Below are positions 45,587-57,400 of a DNA stretch of 64,000 nt, in pieces; within the stretch, counting starts at the first letter, position 1, and the number at the start of each line of letters is the position of its first letter. Where the stretch lies: the NCBI GenBank assembly GCA_043228905.1, contig JBHGNT010000003.1, positions 23,994,001 to 24,058,000 of the forward strand. Reading direction: 5' to 3'. This DNA comes from Azolla caroliniana. Its lineage: Eukaryota; Plantae; Polypodiophyta. A model generated the notes under the pieces. It did not search any database and was not told the origin of the DNA. It worked only from the letters and a program-made list of their open reading frames with translations. Position numbers and translations under genes: made by a program.

Positions 45587-46017
45587 TGTCATGAATACAT
45601 AAGCATCATGGCTTCACTTGGGCTTGAACCCAAGACCTTGTAATACATAATCAAGAACCTAACCATTATGATAGCATATGATTATATAAGGTAATAAAAG
45701 CTACTTCTTGTAATAGATTGATTATTGTAAATGTTCTCGAACATTCTAGAACATTCTAGAATATTCTAGGTCTAGAACATTCTAGAACATTATAGAAATC
45801 ATTAGGCTATTCTATAGGAACCTATAAATATGGATATAGAATTCTTCTCAAACCAATTCAAATCAACACCAGTCTTAAGCTTTTGTCACCATTCTTGTAT
45901 CCATCTTCATTCTATCTTACTAATACATTCATTCTTCTCTTATCACTTCATTCCTCTCTTCTCGTGATCTCTTTACATCTTTCTTCTACCACTCTATCTT
46001 TTCTCTTGGTTCTGACA
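45587..46017 (+). repeat. E 3' LTR (431 bp)
   Basis: Directly follows the PPT; TGTCA...TGACA termini; TATAAAT at 45823-45829; partner LTR is outside the window. Confidence 0.85.
45733..45797 (+). promoter_or_regulatory. Heat-shock element array in the E LTR
   Basis: gTTCtcGAAcaTTCtaGAAcaTTCtaGAAtaTTC: seven alternating nGAAn/nTTCn units plus a second block, about 25-90 bp upstream of TATA. Confidence 0.7.
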
Positions 46018-48592
46018 GTGGAGAGGTTGGTGGAGAAGTTGGTGATGAAGCTTGGGATGAAGAATTAGGAGAGGGAGTGGGGAAGATAACATTATTCGTA
46101 TTGTTAGAGGGAGTTAAACAATGTGTATTTAAAAGAGTATGAGTAAGAGAATCATCTAGAGGTTGGAGTGAGGAAGAGTTAGTTGGTTGACGAGGATTGA
46201 CCTGACATGCCTTGTGATTAGATGGAAGAGCAACACAAATAGTGGAAGTAGAGGATGAGCCAATGTTGGCTCCTTCAATATGAGAGTTATTAATTTTAGA
46301 GATGGTTGAGGAAGATGATTGTAAGTGGGTAGGGGTAGGTAATAAAGGAGGTAGATTAGAGAGAGGGGAAGAAAAAATCTTAGTAGTAAGCCCATTTTCT
46401 TGGAATATCACATTGTGACTAAAGAATATTCTTCGCTTTTGTGGATCGTAGAGCTTGTATGCCTTGTATCCCGATGCTTCTCCATATCTGATGAAAATTG
46501 ATTTTGTAGCTCTTGGATCTAGCTTGTTTCTTTGAATAGTTGGCACAAAAGAATAAGCATCACAACCAAAAATACAAAGGTTACTTAGGTTAGGTTTGTG
46601 ACCATGCCATAATTCATAAGGGGTTTGGAGCCCCAAAGATCTATGAAATCCTCGATTTTGAATGTAGCAAGCGGTGCCAACTACTTCCTCCCAAAATTGA
46701 GGCGATAATTGAGCAAATTGTAACATACTCTAAGCCATATTTAGAAGTGTTCTATTCTTCCTTTCAGATACATCATTTTGTTGTGGTGTGTGTGGTGTTG
46801 ATATTCTATGATGTATGCCTTAATTTTGATAGTGTTTGAAATTCATGAGACATATACTCACCACCACCATCAGTTTGAAGACTTTTAATTTTTGTTGATG
46901 TTTGCACTTTGACTCGAGCCTCGTATTCTTTAAATGCTTAATACGCTTGACTTTTATATTTGAGAAAATGCAAGATTGTAAAGCGACTAAAGTCATCTAT
47001 AAAGCTAATGAAGTATTTGGCTCCACTAAGAGAAGGGGTTGGAAAAGGTCCACATAGATCACTATGTACTAATGTAATATGGATAGACGCTCTAGATCTA
47101 TGCTTCGGGAAGGGTTGTTGGGGCATTTTCCCAAGGATACAACTTTGACCCAAAGAGATGGGCTTGAAAGGTTCTTTTGACAAACCATGGACTAGATTAT
47201 TACATTGTAATGTTTTTAGAGCATTGAAATGCATATGGCCTAGACTAAAGTGCCAAAGAGAAGAAAGAGAATGAAGATTGGCTAAAGATATGGAGGATTG
47301 TATTAGGGTAGCATGATGTGCTTCTAAAATGAGAGATGTAGGAATGTATTTTATGGGATATAAGCCTCCTCGTTTACAACATGTTCTAATAAGGTCTCCA
47401 TTTGTAGCTTTATGTTTAATAATTGCATGGTTAGAATGAAACTCAATGATAGTACCATTTGTGGTTGCTTGACTAACGGATAACAAGTGTTTGGTGATGC
47501 TTGGGACATAGAGAACTCCATTGATTGTGAAATATTTTCCTCCTGTGACTTCAAAAGTAATATCACCCTTGCCGATAGCTTGTTTAGTCCTACTGTTACC
47601 AAATCTTACTATGATTGGGGATTGAACTTCAATATAATTAGATAACCAATCTTTTCTATTAGTTAAGTGGTTAGTAGCAGTAGTGTCAAGATACCATGTA
47701 TCATTTACATTACTTGGATTTGGAGTTGTGGTAGAAAGTGATTCCGCAATGAATGCTTGAAGAACATCATCATACTTGTCACCATTTTGATATCCATCTC
47801 CTACGGTTTTATCATTATCCATCTCTTCTTCAACAAGATGGGCTTGTACATGCCTCCAAGGTTGATAATTCTTGAAATTTGACTTTGTGCAACAATCTTT
47901 TGTTGCAGGATTAGTACGTTTGCATATTTTACAATAAGTATTGTTGAACCACATTCCTCCTTGTTTAGTGTTTTGATCTTTCTTTATCCATGGCTTTCAA
48001 CTTTCTCCTCTTTGAGTGAACCTTTTTTTTTTGTATGCTACCATTGTCACGCTTGGAGTTGAATTTGAAGACCTTTGTGAACGCATTGTTTTTTCCTATC
48101 TAATATTTGCAAGAAGATCAATTAAAGTTAGACAATTTATAGAGTTTTGGGTGGTTCTAAAAAGGGACCACGAGTGAGGAAGAGCACCAAGAAGGAGAAT
48201 CTTTTGTAATTTATCATGGATTTCTAATCCCAAAGTTAACACATCATCTAATTTCTTTTGCCATATTGAAAGAAATTCACCAATCGGTTGTTCATCATTC
48301 ATTTTGTAATTAACGAGTGCTTGAAGTGTATGCGCTTGTTGGGCATCATTTTTTGGTTAATAGATAGTTTGCAAATGCTTCCACATTTCTTGGGCCATCT
48401 CCATTTTTTGCAATGTTTCTCCGGTGCCATCACTTACATGGATTAGAATTTCCATTCTTGCGCATAGGTCTTTTTCCTCATATTCTTCAAGTTCTCCTTT
48501 TTTAGGTTTTGTTGACGATCCTGACATTATATCCCATAATTTATTATATTTAAAGAGTAATTCTAATCCTGCCATTGAGAACCTCAATCCAT
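46018..48592 (-). mobile_element. Old Ty1/copia remnant G (gag, protease, integrase), outermost host of the nest
   Basis: WYLDTTATNH, VLYVPSITKHLLSV, LWHFSLGHM, VHSDLCGP, FIDDFSRF, TPYELWHG, KLDPRA; AT-rich with many stops; no LTR found. Confidence 0.85.
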
Positions 48593-48684
48593 GCTAATCG
48601 AGACAGAGAGAAGTTATATTATATAATTAAAAACGCCCTTCTTAATAACTAACACTAAATATTATTTATTTATTATTTTCCAGA

Positions 48685-49115
48685 GTAAGAACCTCAATTT
48701 GGCGATGGGCAGCGAGGATGGATGGTATTTTCCGGGTTGAGCAGTGAAGCAAGCAGAGAATGGGGTCATAATGTCTGTCATTGAGAAGCAGTTGTTGGAG
48801 GAAGTGAAAGATAACTATGGGGTTGCAACAGAGAGCATGAAGAAGCTCATCCATGTGGCATTCTGGTGCATTCAAGAGAATCCATCGTCTCGGCCGTCCA
48901 TGAGCACAATCCTGTTGATGCTGGAGCAGCATCTTGAGGTTCCTGACCCTCCTCTAGACCTCACATATGTTCTGCGGAGACAATCACGTCCAGATCCATC
49001 CTACAAAATCAGTACGAGTACTAGTGCCATTAGTAGTAGCACTGCCTTCACATTCACCCAAAAAATGACGATCAATCTCGTGGAAGAGTCCATCAGCTTG
49101 TTAGAGCCTAGATAG
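48685..49115 (+). pseudogene. 3' fragment of a paralog of the neighbouring receptor kinase, inverted orientation
   Basis: Matches the reverse complement of about 51640-51956 closely; Trp>TGA change; shares the SLLEPR-stop terminus. Confidence 0.9.
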
Positions 49116-49442
49116 AGCGTACTAGGGCCAAAAGAAGCATGAGTAGCCGTAGACCCAGCTTTCCTGCAGGCTTTCCTGCAGGCTGTATGGTTTAGGGTTT
49201 GTTTTGTGATGTGTAAAATGAGTCCGTGTTCTGTCTGACTGATGCGAATGGAGTAGAATTGAGAAGATGTCTAAGGTTGTAACAGTCGTCCATTAACGAC
49301 GCATTCTCAAGTTCATTATGGCCAGAATTGATCACCGCAAGGTTGAAGTACAAGCATTGCAATATGTAGTAACATAAGTCATTTTGTCCTAAACCACATC
49401 GAGAAAACATTGCCATATGAATAAAGTAGCACACAAGTAGAG

Positions 49443-49647
49443 CTTTGGATATAAAGCTTTGGCAACCCATGATAAAATAATGTAAGCTTTTCCAGCCTTG
49501 TTTCTATGTAAATTGAAAGTAGAGCTGGTCCTGTTTATTCTTGTCTACTTTGGATATAAAGCTTTGGCAACCCATGATAAAAAAAATGTAAGCTTTTCCA
49601 GCCTAGTTTCAATGTAAATTGAAAGTAGAGCTGATCCTATTTATTCT
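49443..49647. repeat. Local tandem duplication, two copies of about 105 bp
   Basis: ctttggatataaagctttggcaacccatgataaaa... at 49443 and 49548. Confidence 0.85.
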
Positions 49648-50115
49648 CAGAAGTGTTGGGAAAAAGGCCTTCGAAAAACTAATTGACAAGTACACACAAC
49701 TAAATCAAATCGTTATTTTTTCCCTTAGTTTCGGTTGATTAGATGTGGGAATGAAAATACAAAGAAAACTCTATTGCATTTAGGACGTACTAATGTTACA
49801 AAATGATTGACAATGACATTTTCACGGCTCACCATACATCTGAAAGCAAAGGATATCGGCATTGGTGGATGTTTGGAGCACATCTCCTTCCATTTACATC
49901 AAAATAAACCGCCCTTGATATCTGTTTCTTGATGTCCTGCTTCTGCCTTGATGTAGCACTAAGAAGAAGGTAGGAAGATTTACTTGTATGTGTGAGCAGT
50001 GGGTGAAATTGATGGAGAAGAGAAGTCTTCTATAGATAACAGAAGTGGGTTGTGGTGCTCGTTGAGATCAGCAATGTCTCAAGCTTCCTTCACTTTTGTC
50101 CCTTGTGCCTCGTTT

Positions 50116-50154
<39 letters not shown>

Positions 50155-51519
50155 TTTACTTACATCCTAAGGACGAGGGAAGCCACCCAAACCATCAAAA
50201 CCTTCACCATAGACCTTCATCCATTAATCAACGTGGACTATGCTTATCTTTCCATGACCATTGCATCCAACAAACTATCACAACCACCACTAATACAAAA
50301 CAAGGGCATAGTGATATTAAAACATGTTGATATGCCTATCATACAAGGCATTGCTTTTGTATATGCCACATTTAGCTTGTATATGCCACATTTAGCAGCT
50401 TGAAAACACGATACTTTAATATTTGATAGCTAAATTAAAATTATAAACACACAAGCCTTTCAACTCGGTGCTCTCTCTCTATTGTGTTCTTGTTTGTTCT
50501 TTCTTTGCCTCTCTAACTCTCTTGCTTGCTCTTCGCCTCTTGTGCACTCTCATTCCAAGCACATTGTTCGTCCCTTGTGCTCCCCATCTCTAGTTGTGCT
50601 TGCCAAAATTTACAGCTACAAGGCGATCATATTCAAAACTCTCACACTCGCCAACTCTCTTTATTAGGTTGGGTAAGTCAAAAGATTGCCATTAACTAGC
50701 TCAAAAATTGAAGTGGTGATGGTCATTTACCCAAAAAAATGTGCATGTCCTTGTATGTAATTATTAATAATAATCATCTGATGATAATTCACTATTTTCC
50801 GCCCTAGAGTGTTCAAGTTGATCCTTGGTTGAATCTGAAATACTTTGGCCCATCTATTCTTCTTGTTCGACTTCATTGATTTTGTCAGTTCTATGAATTT
50901 GTTAATTAACGTGTAAAAGTAGACAACTACAGTAGTGTTTAATTATAAGATGAGATGTTAGGAGATGAGTTGACACAACATAATTAATTGTTTCTTTGAA
51001 GGTATTCACTATCAGATTCATTGGATATGCAATACATATTTTGCTCATTATGGCTATTGTTTACATACTCATCCCTTGTTGGAACATGCCCATAATCTTT
51101 CCTCTACATTTTAATCTTCTTATTTTGAGCAAAATACTCATGTAGACAGTAGATGATAAGATATAATGGCATATGATATTGGCAAAAATAAGCTAACATG
51201 ATAAATTATAAGATACATACCTTTTGTTGTGGGTATTGCAACTTGACTAGTAAACCTTTTCTAGATTTCACAATCCTCCATGATATTAATAGATATGTAC
51301 TGAGAACTTATGTTAGATTCTTACCTTATTATAAAATTCAGACTCGTCGGTTCTTTTATTATACATATCAGAGTATGTGGAGATCTTAGTAATAAGAAAA
51401 CTCTGTGTGATTTAGCAGAGGAAGACATCAGTTAAAACTGCGATTCCGAAGCAGGAGTAACCACTTTTCCATTACAACCAAGCTGGGTTTGAGTTCTAGG
51501 GTTTAAGGGATTTGAAGCT

Positions 51520-52595
51520 CTATCGAGGTTCTAGCAAACTCACTGAGTCTTCCGAAGGCCTGTGAGCTACTGTGATATTGCTGGAGGATGTGGAAGTCTG
51601 GGTACTGCTTCTGCTGATTGCACTGCTGCTGTCTGTGTTGGATGGATCTGGACGTGATTGCCTCCGCAGAACATATGTGAGCTCTAGAGGAGGGTCAGGG
51701 ACCTCAAGATGCTGCTCCAGCATCAACAGGATCGTGCTCATGGTCGGCCGAGACGATGCATTCTCTTGAATGCACCAGAATGCCACATGGATCAGCTTCT
51801 TCATGCTCTCTGTTGCAACCCCATAGTTATCTTTCACTTCCTCCAACAACTGCTTGTCAATGACAGACATTATGTCCCCCTTCTCTGCTTGCTTCACTGC
51901 CCAAGCCGGAAAATACCATCCATCCTCGCTGCCCATCGCCAAATTGAGGTTCTTACGCCCCCCAACAAGCTCTAGCAGCACCATCCCATAGCTAAACACA
52001 TCACTCTTCTCTGTGATGGGCAAATTCAAGAACCACTCTGGAGCCATGTACCCTGGCGTGCCCCGCATCGCCGTCACTGTCTGGTTTTTCCCTCCTTCTC
52101 GGTCGATTAGCTTGCACAGCCCGAAATCTGCAAGCTTTGCCCTAAAGTTGGCATCCAGCAGTAGGTTCTGTGGTTTCACATCCAAATGAACCACTTTGTC
52201 TCTGCTTCCTTCATGCAGAAATGCAAGTCCTCGTGCCATGTCCACGGCAATCCTGTATCGAACCTCCCATGGCAAGATATGCGTTTGGTCCTTATTGTTT
52301 TCCTCCACTCTACTGGGGCTATTTCGGAATATCCATCTGTCCAGAGAACCATTCTCCATGAACTCATACACGAGAAGCCGATGAGTCCCTTCTGCACAGA
52401 ATCCCCTCAGCTGGACAAGATTGACGTGACTCAAACTGCCCAGTGCAGCTACCTCTGTTCTGAATTGCTTCTTCCCTGATGCTGCAATGGTTGCCCGCTC
52501 CGAAAACTGGATTAATCACATAAAAAAGTGTAAGTAATATGAGTGATTCAGAGAACTGGATTGATGACATTAGGAAAACCGGAACTAGTGTGGCC

Positions 52596-52626
<31 letters not shown>

Positions 52627-54433
52627 GGCTTACCGAGAGCTGTTTCACTGCTACTTTGATTGCACCAGTGCTCTTGGTGTCCACATTAATGGTATGATTC
52701 TGATTTCGATGAGTGGAGGGAGGTAGGATAAGGCCTTCGTAAACGGCACCTGAACCCCCTTTTCCTAGCTTCTTGCTGAACCCCTCTGTGGCAGCATCTA
52801 GCTCCTTGTAAGAGTATCTAGGAGGCAAGCCAGGTAAGCTTTCCAGGAAAGCCTCTTCTTCTGAATCAGGATACTCCACTGCCTTCCTTGCTAGTCTTTT
52901 ACCAATGAACACTCCCAGAATTGCAAGGCCAATGACCAGAACACCTAACCCAACACTTAGGCCGATGATGACATTCTTGGGGATTCCATTGCCATTAGAA
53001 ACACCAGGTGTAACAGGTAAGTGTGCGACCCTGAGGTAGGCGGTGACACTGGGGTTAGCACCAGATTGCATGGTCTGAACTTGATCATATAGATGGCAAG
53101 CCTGGGTGCTGTTGTCGTAAAAGGCCGCAGTGCAAGAGCAATTGGGCAAGCATAAATTAGTGCATTCTTGGGCATTCATCACATACTGAGGTTCCATGTA
53201 TGTATTGGCAAAGTAATCCACCCCTGGCACCTCCAGAAATTGATGTTCCGTAGCTATGCTGCAATTCAATGGAGTGGTGAGGCGACATCCCTGTCGAAGA
53301 TCAGATGAGTCCAAGGGCGTGAAGAGACTTGGGCAGCTGCAAGTTTGGACAGAGCTACAAAGGCTGTTTACACTGCAGTAGGAGGGTAGCTTACAGTAGG
53401 TGCTGAAGAATCCTTTGAAAAGTTCATTGTCGAGTTGGAGGCCATTATCAGAGAGGAGAAAGGAGTCTATGTCACCTGTGGGCATGAGACGCAGATATCG
53501 GAAGCCGGAACCGCCCAAACGGGTACTAAAAGAGATGCCATGAATTGTGAACCCTTCAGTTTCTGCTTGACACTGGGGAGTAATCACAGAGCCTTCTTGC
53601 TCTAGAGTAACCCCTGATCCATCTGCGTTATAAATCACCTCAGTGCGGTTGCAAGCAGAGTGCAAAGCCATGGTGAGGTTACTGACAGCGCCTTGTGCAT
53701 AAGTGATGAGCTCGTAGGGTATATTGGTCTGTTGCTGATCGAAGGTTGCATAGAGTACAGGGCCACCAGGCTCAGCTCTGAGGACATAATGCCCAGTGGA
53801 GACATCATCCAGTGAGAGGCGTGCTGTGACAGTATGGTTAGGCCTAAGGGCCTGTCCTGCCATGATAAGATCTGTAGGGTAATCGTAGCTCTGCCAGAGG
53901 GTGGAGTTCCTGTCGTCTTGCATCACAAGATTCCCTGTGCTATTCATCAGGACACTATATATTCCTGGAGGAGAAGACCAAACCACGCTAGTGGAAGAAT
54001 TAGCGTTTATTGAGTTATTGTTGTTAGAGCTTCCGTTGATGATGGTGCTAATTGAGGTGTGGTCTTGAAGTATGATCTGTCGGTCAGGGTAAATGAGGTT
54101 TAGGGTTGCGTTGGGCGAGACAGGATAGTCTCTGTTGGCAATCCAAACGATCGTAGTGTTGAAGAGGGTGCTTAGGATGACGAGAAGTCGTTGTGTGTTG
54201 TTTTGATATGGTACGAATTGCCATGCGAAGGACCCATCCTGACTAAGAAGGATCTGGAGGTTCGTATTCTGTGCGGTAGCTATGGTGGTGTTGCGATCAG
54301 GTATTGATAATAGGTCAGGAATTGTGGTGGCACTGTAACATGGTATGAGGATGAGATGTAGAGAGGCAGCTATGATTGGAATGGTGAGTAAAAGAGCTAT
54401 GGACATCTTGCAGTGTGGATGAGGATACATCAT
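51520..54433 (-). CDS. G-type lectin S-receptor-like Ser/Thr kinase (SD2-5-like); exons 54433-52634 and 52506-51520
   Basis: Signal peptide; bulb lectin (VWIANRD, GNLV, LWQSYDYPTD); Cys-rich EGF-like and PAN (CLPNCSCTA) domains; TM helix; kinase GKGGSGAVY, VAVK, HLDVKPQN, DFG, GTPGYMAPE; a phase-0 GT-AG intron 52633-52507 joins the frames. Confidence 0.92.
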
Positions 54434-57400
54434 GATCGCGTATCAACTGATGGGCGAAAAACAGGTTTAAGTGAAAGAAATTAATCGGAGCAGAAAAAAA
54501 TAAGACAGTAGAAGACCCTATGCAGGTATCATGTTGGGCAGCATGGTGGACATGGAGAAGAAGAAGAAGAAGATGGAATTAGTATTTGGGCTTTAGCTGC
54601 TTACCAGATCCATTATAGATAACTGGATATTCAATTCAATGGAGCTTCATTACCCAATGATGATTCCCAATATACAAAGCAACAAGAAGCATTGAATAAT
54701 GCTGGGAAAGAGATTTAACTTCCAAAGACAGGGGGGGGGCAAGAGAAATGGATGACAATTTCAAAACGCAAGCATTATATGGATTATGAATTGGTTGGAG
54801 ATTTCTGGTCTCCAACGCAGAGAGGATGAGATTTTTTTTAATGTTTTTCTTCCATCCTTTGACCTAATTTTCTTCATTGCTTGTAAAGTATCTTGTATGG
54901 TCTTTTCTCTCTCTTTCTCACTTTAGTCTGTTGGCACATCTCCATCCTCTCTCGTTTTTCTTAGTCTTCCTTTCTTTTGCAGAACTGATGACAAAAAAGT
55001 CAAGGAAAAACCTTCCCTTCCTCTCTTTGATTTGCCCATGTGTGGGGTGGGGGGTGTGGGTGTGTGTTACTTGAGATCAATGACTGGGTTCAGAGGTTTG
55101 TGTCCACACGTCCAAACCTTTTTGAAAATGTTACACAACCTTGGAAAACTTGTCTAGAAAACCCGTACTAGTCAACACAGATAGAGGAAGGGGGAGGGAG
55201 GGCATATGTTTGTTTTTTGTTCATAGACAAGTAACTTTTAAAGTGCCTCTTTGATACAATATATGCATATTTATCTCATAAGGTCATGACCATAATCTAC
55301 AGCTAATACCAACTAATGACATGCATTGTATTGGTCTCATGACTATAATCTTTGGTTAGTAACAACAAATGGATTTAAAAGAAATGGTTCATCAGGAAAT
55401 GTACCAAATGTTTTATCCTTTTGTGTCTTCTAAATCCTCCTTATCGTTTGAGCTTGGAGGATGGCTTGCATGAATGTGGTGACCTTAAAAAGCTCACTCT
55501 TGTTACTTACAAACCATGTAACAAGTGAGAACACGCAAGGCACGTTGCATTCGTAGCTTTAGTATGGTTGGATGAACTGTGTATCAACCATGGTTTCAAA
55601 GTCTCTTTGGTAGAATGAGGGTAGATGGTTACCAGTGTTCAGAGATTGATCGTTTAGCACCTAGTGGGCCCTTTATTGAGGTTGAATATGAGGCCACAGC
55701 TAGGATGGTCATGCTAGTGGAAATGTGGATGCTCAAATGGATCTAACATGTGGAGAAGTCACAATAGTTTCAAGAGACAAATTGTCAATTGGATGTTTCA
55801 GATCTTAGATGTCAATATTTTTGTCAAAAAAGTTCTTTATGATAAGATAGACCATCCCAAATTCTATGTGTTTATTGCAATGAGGATAGGGACAGGTTGA
55901 TTAGTTCAAGAGGAGCATGTATGTTGCCTCAAGGTGTCTCACACCAAGGGCACATCGATATGTTCTACAAGGGGTTGGCTACCCTTGTCAAGTCATAGGT
56001 CGAGGTGTATGGACCGGACACACACCCATAAGGTGGAGAACCAAGTGAAGAATTTTGTCAATCATCCTTGAACATCTTGTATCATCTACATCAATCTCGT
56101 GAAATTTAGCTTACTTCTGTCACACAATAGTTTAGATAAATAGAGGTGAACTTCTCGCACATTGGTGGTTTCCCACGTTCAATCCTTGCCAAATATCATC
56201 CAAAATGAAATTGTTGGATGTGATTTATTATAGTTTTTCATATTATATTTGCCGTATTTAAAGGCTTAAATAGGTTTCTATTGGTTGTCCATGTGCACTA
56301 GGCTCTTACCTCTTTGTAGGTTGAAGGAATAATGTAAATATCTCAAATTTTGAGTGGTGGGTTGACTACGTTGTACTATAATAATACTTTTATTGTTTGA
56401 ATATATGAGTAGACACACATGAATGCACATGTATACTACATGTAACAAGCCATATAAAATATGTTTATGTTTTCAATTATGCATGCAACACAGATCATAT
56501 TTGTTGGAAAAATGGCACATCATTAGCTCACAATATGTTATGGAAGTAGTTTGGTGGGTATTTAAGGAATTGTTGTTTGTTATTTGATTACATTATAAAC
56601 ATAACTAAGTGTATATAAGTCAAGCTAAGAGTAGCTATCCATCATTGTGTTTTTGTAAAGAAGAAGCAAAGGTTAATTTCATGACACTTTCATAATAACT
56701 TTTATGTGGAAAAAGACAATATATCTTGTGTTGTATTTTTAGGTCTTTAAACTCCATTAGCTATCAATTGATGTATTAGTCCTTCGCTTGGAAAATGTAA
56801 GAGAACATGAAGCCAAATCGTATGGTTTGCATTGGGACTTGCATCGTAGAATTGCGTAATGTTTCACCGGCACAAAAGCATGAATCTCATTCAAGAGGTG
56901 CATCCTCACCTATTCATATAAATAGATAGTGACAAGCTCATTATGTGAAGATAATTTCTAATGAATAAAGTCTAAGTTGTCCTTTGCACTATAGGCTTTT
57001 GGTATGAGAACCATGCATGTAAAATGTTTGTAGTCTTTGAACATATTTCAAGAGGTGTGTCATCATCAGTATATATAAATACCCAATGATAAGCTTATGA
57101 TCCTCAATAGTGAGACTACGTCAAGTGGCCTTTAAGAAACGATGGCAAGGGCTTCACTTATTTTCAAATACAACTTCTAGTCAGAGGTGGAATTATGCCA
57201 TACCTTCTTCTTTTTTGCATAGCTCGTAGTTTTTGCTCCACTTGTTTCTTATATGATAACATTTGTTTGACCAGATGGTGGTACTAGCCTTTGTATCACA
57301 ATAGAAGTGAGATGAAATGTCTCCTTCTGTTTTCTCTATGTACATTTCTCAAGTAATATACTAAGATGTATCTTTCTTTTAAAAAAAACAGTGAAACCAC

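Noticed and set aside
52364-52633. Hydrophobic C-terminus (HFIYIYIYIY...) of the 689-aa ORF as a second transmembrane segment
   Set aside because: Translation of the (TA)n-containing intron; splicing restores a normal kinase.
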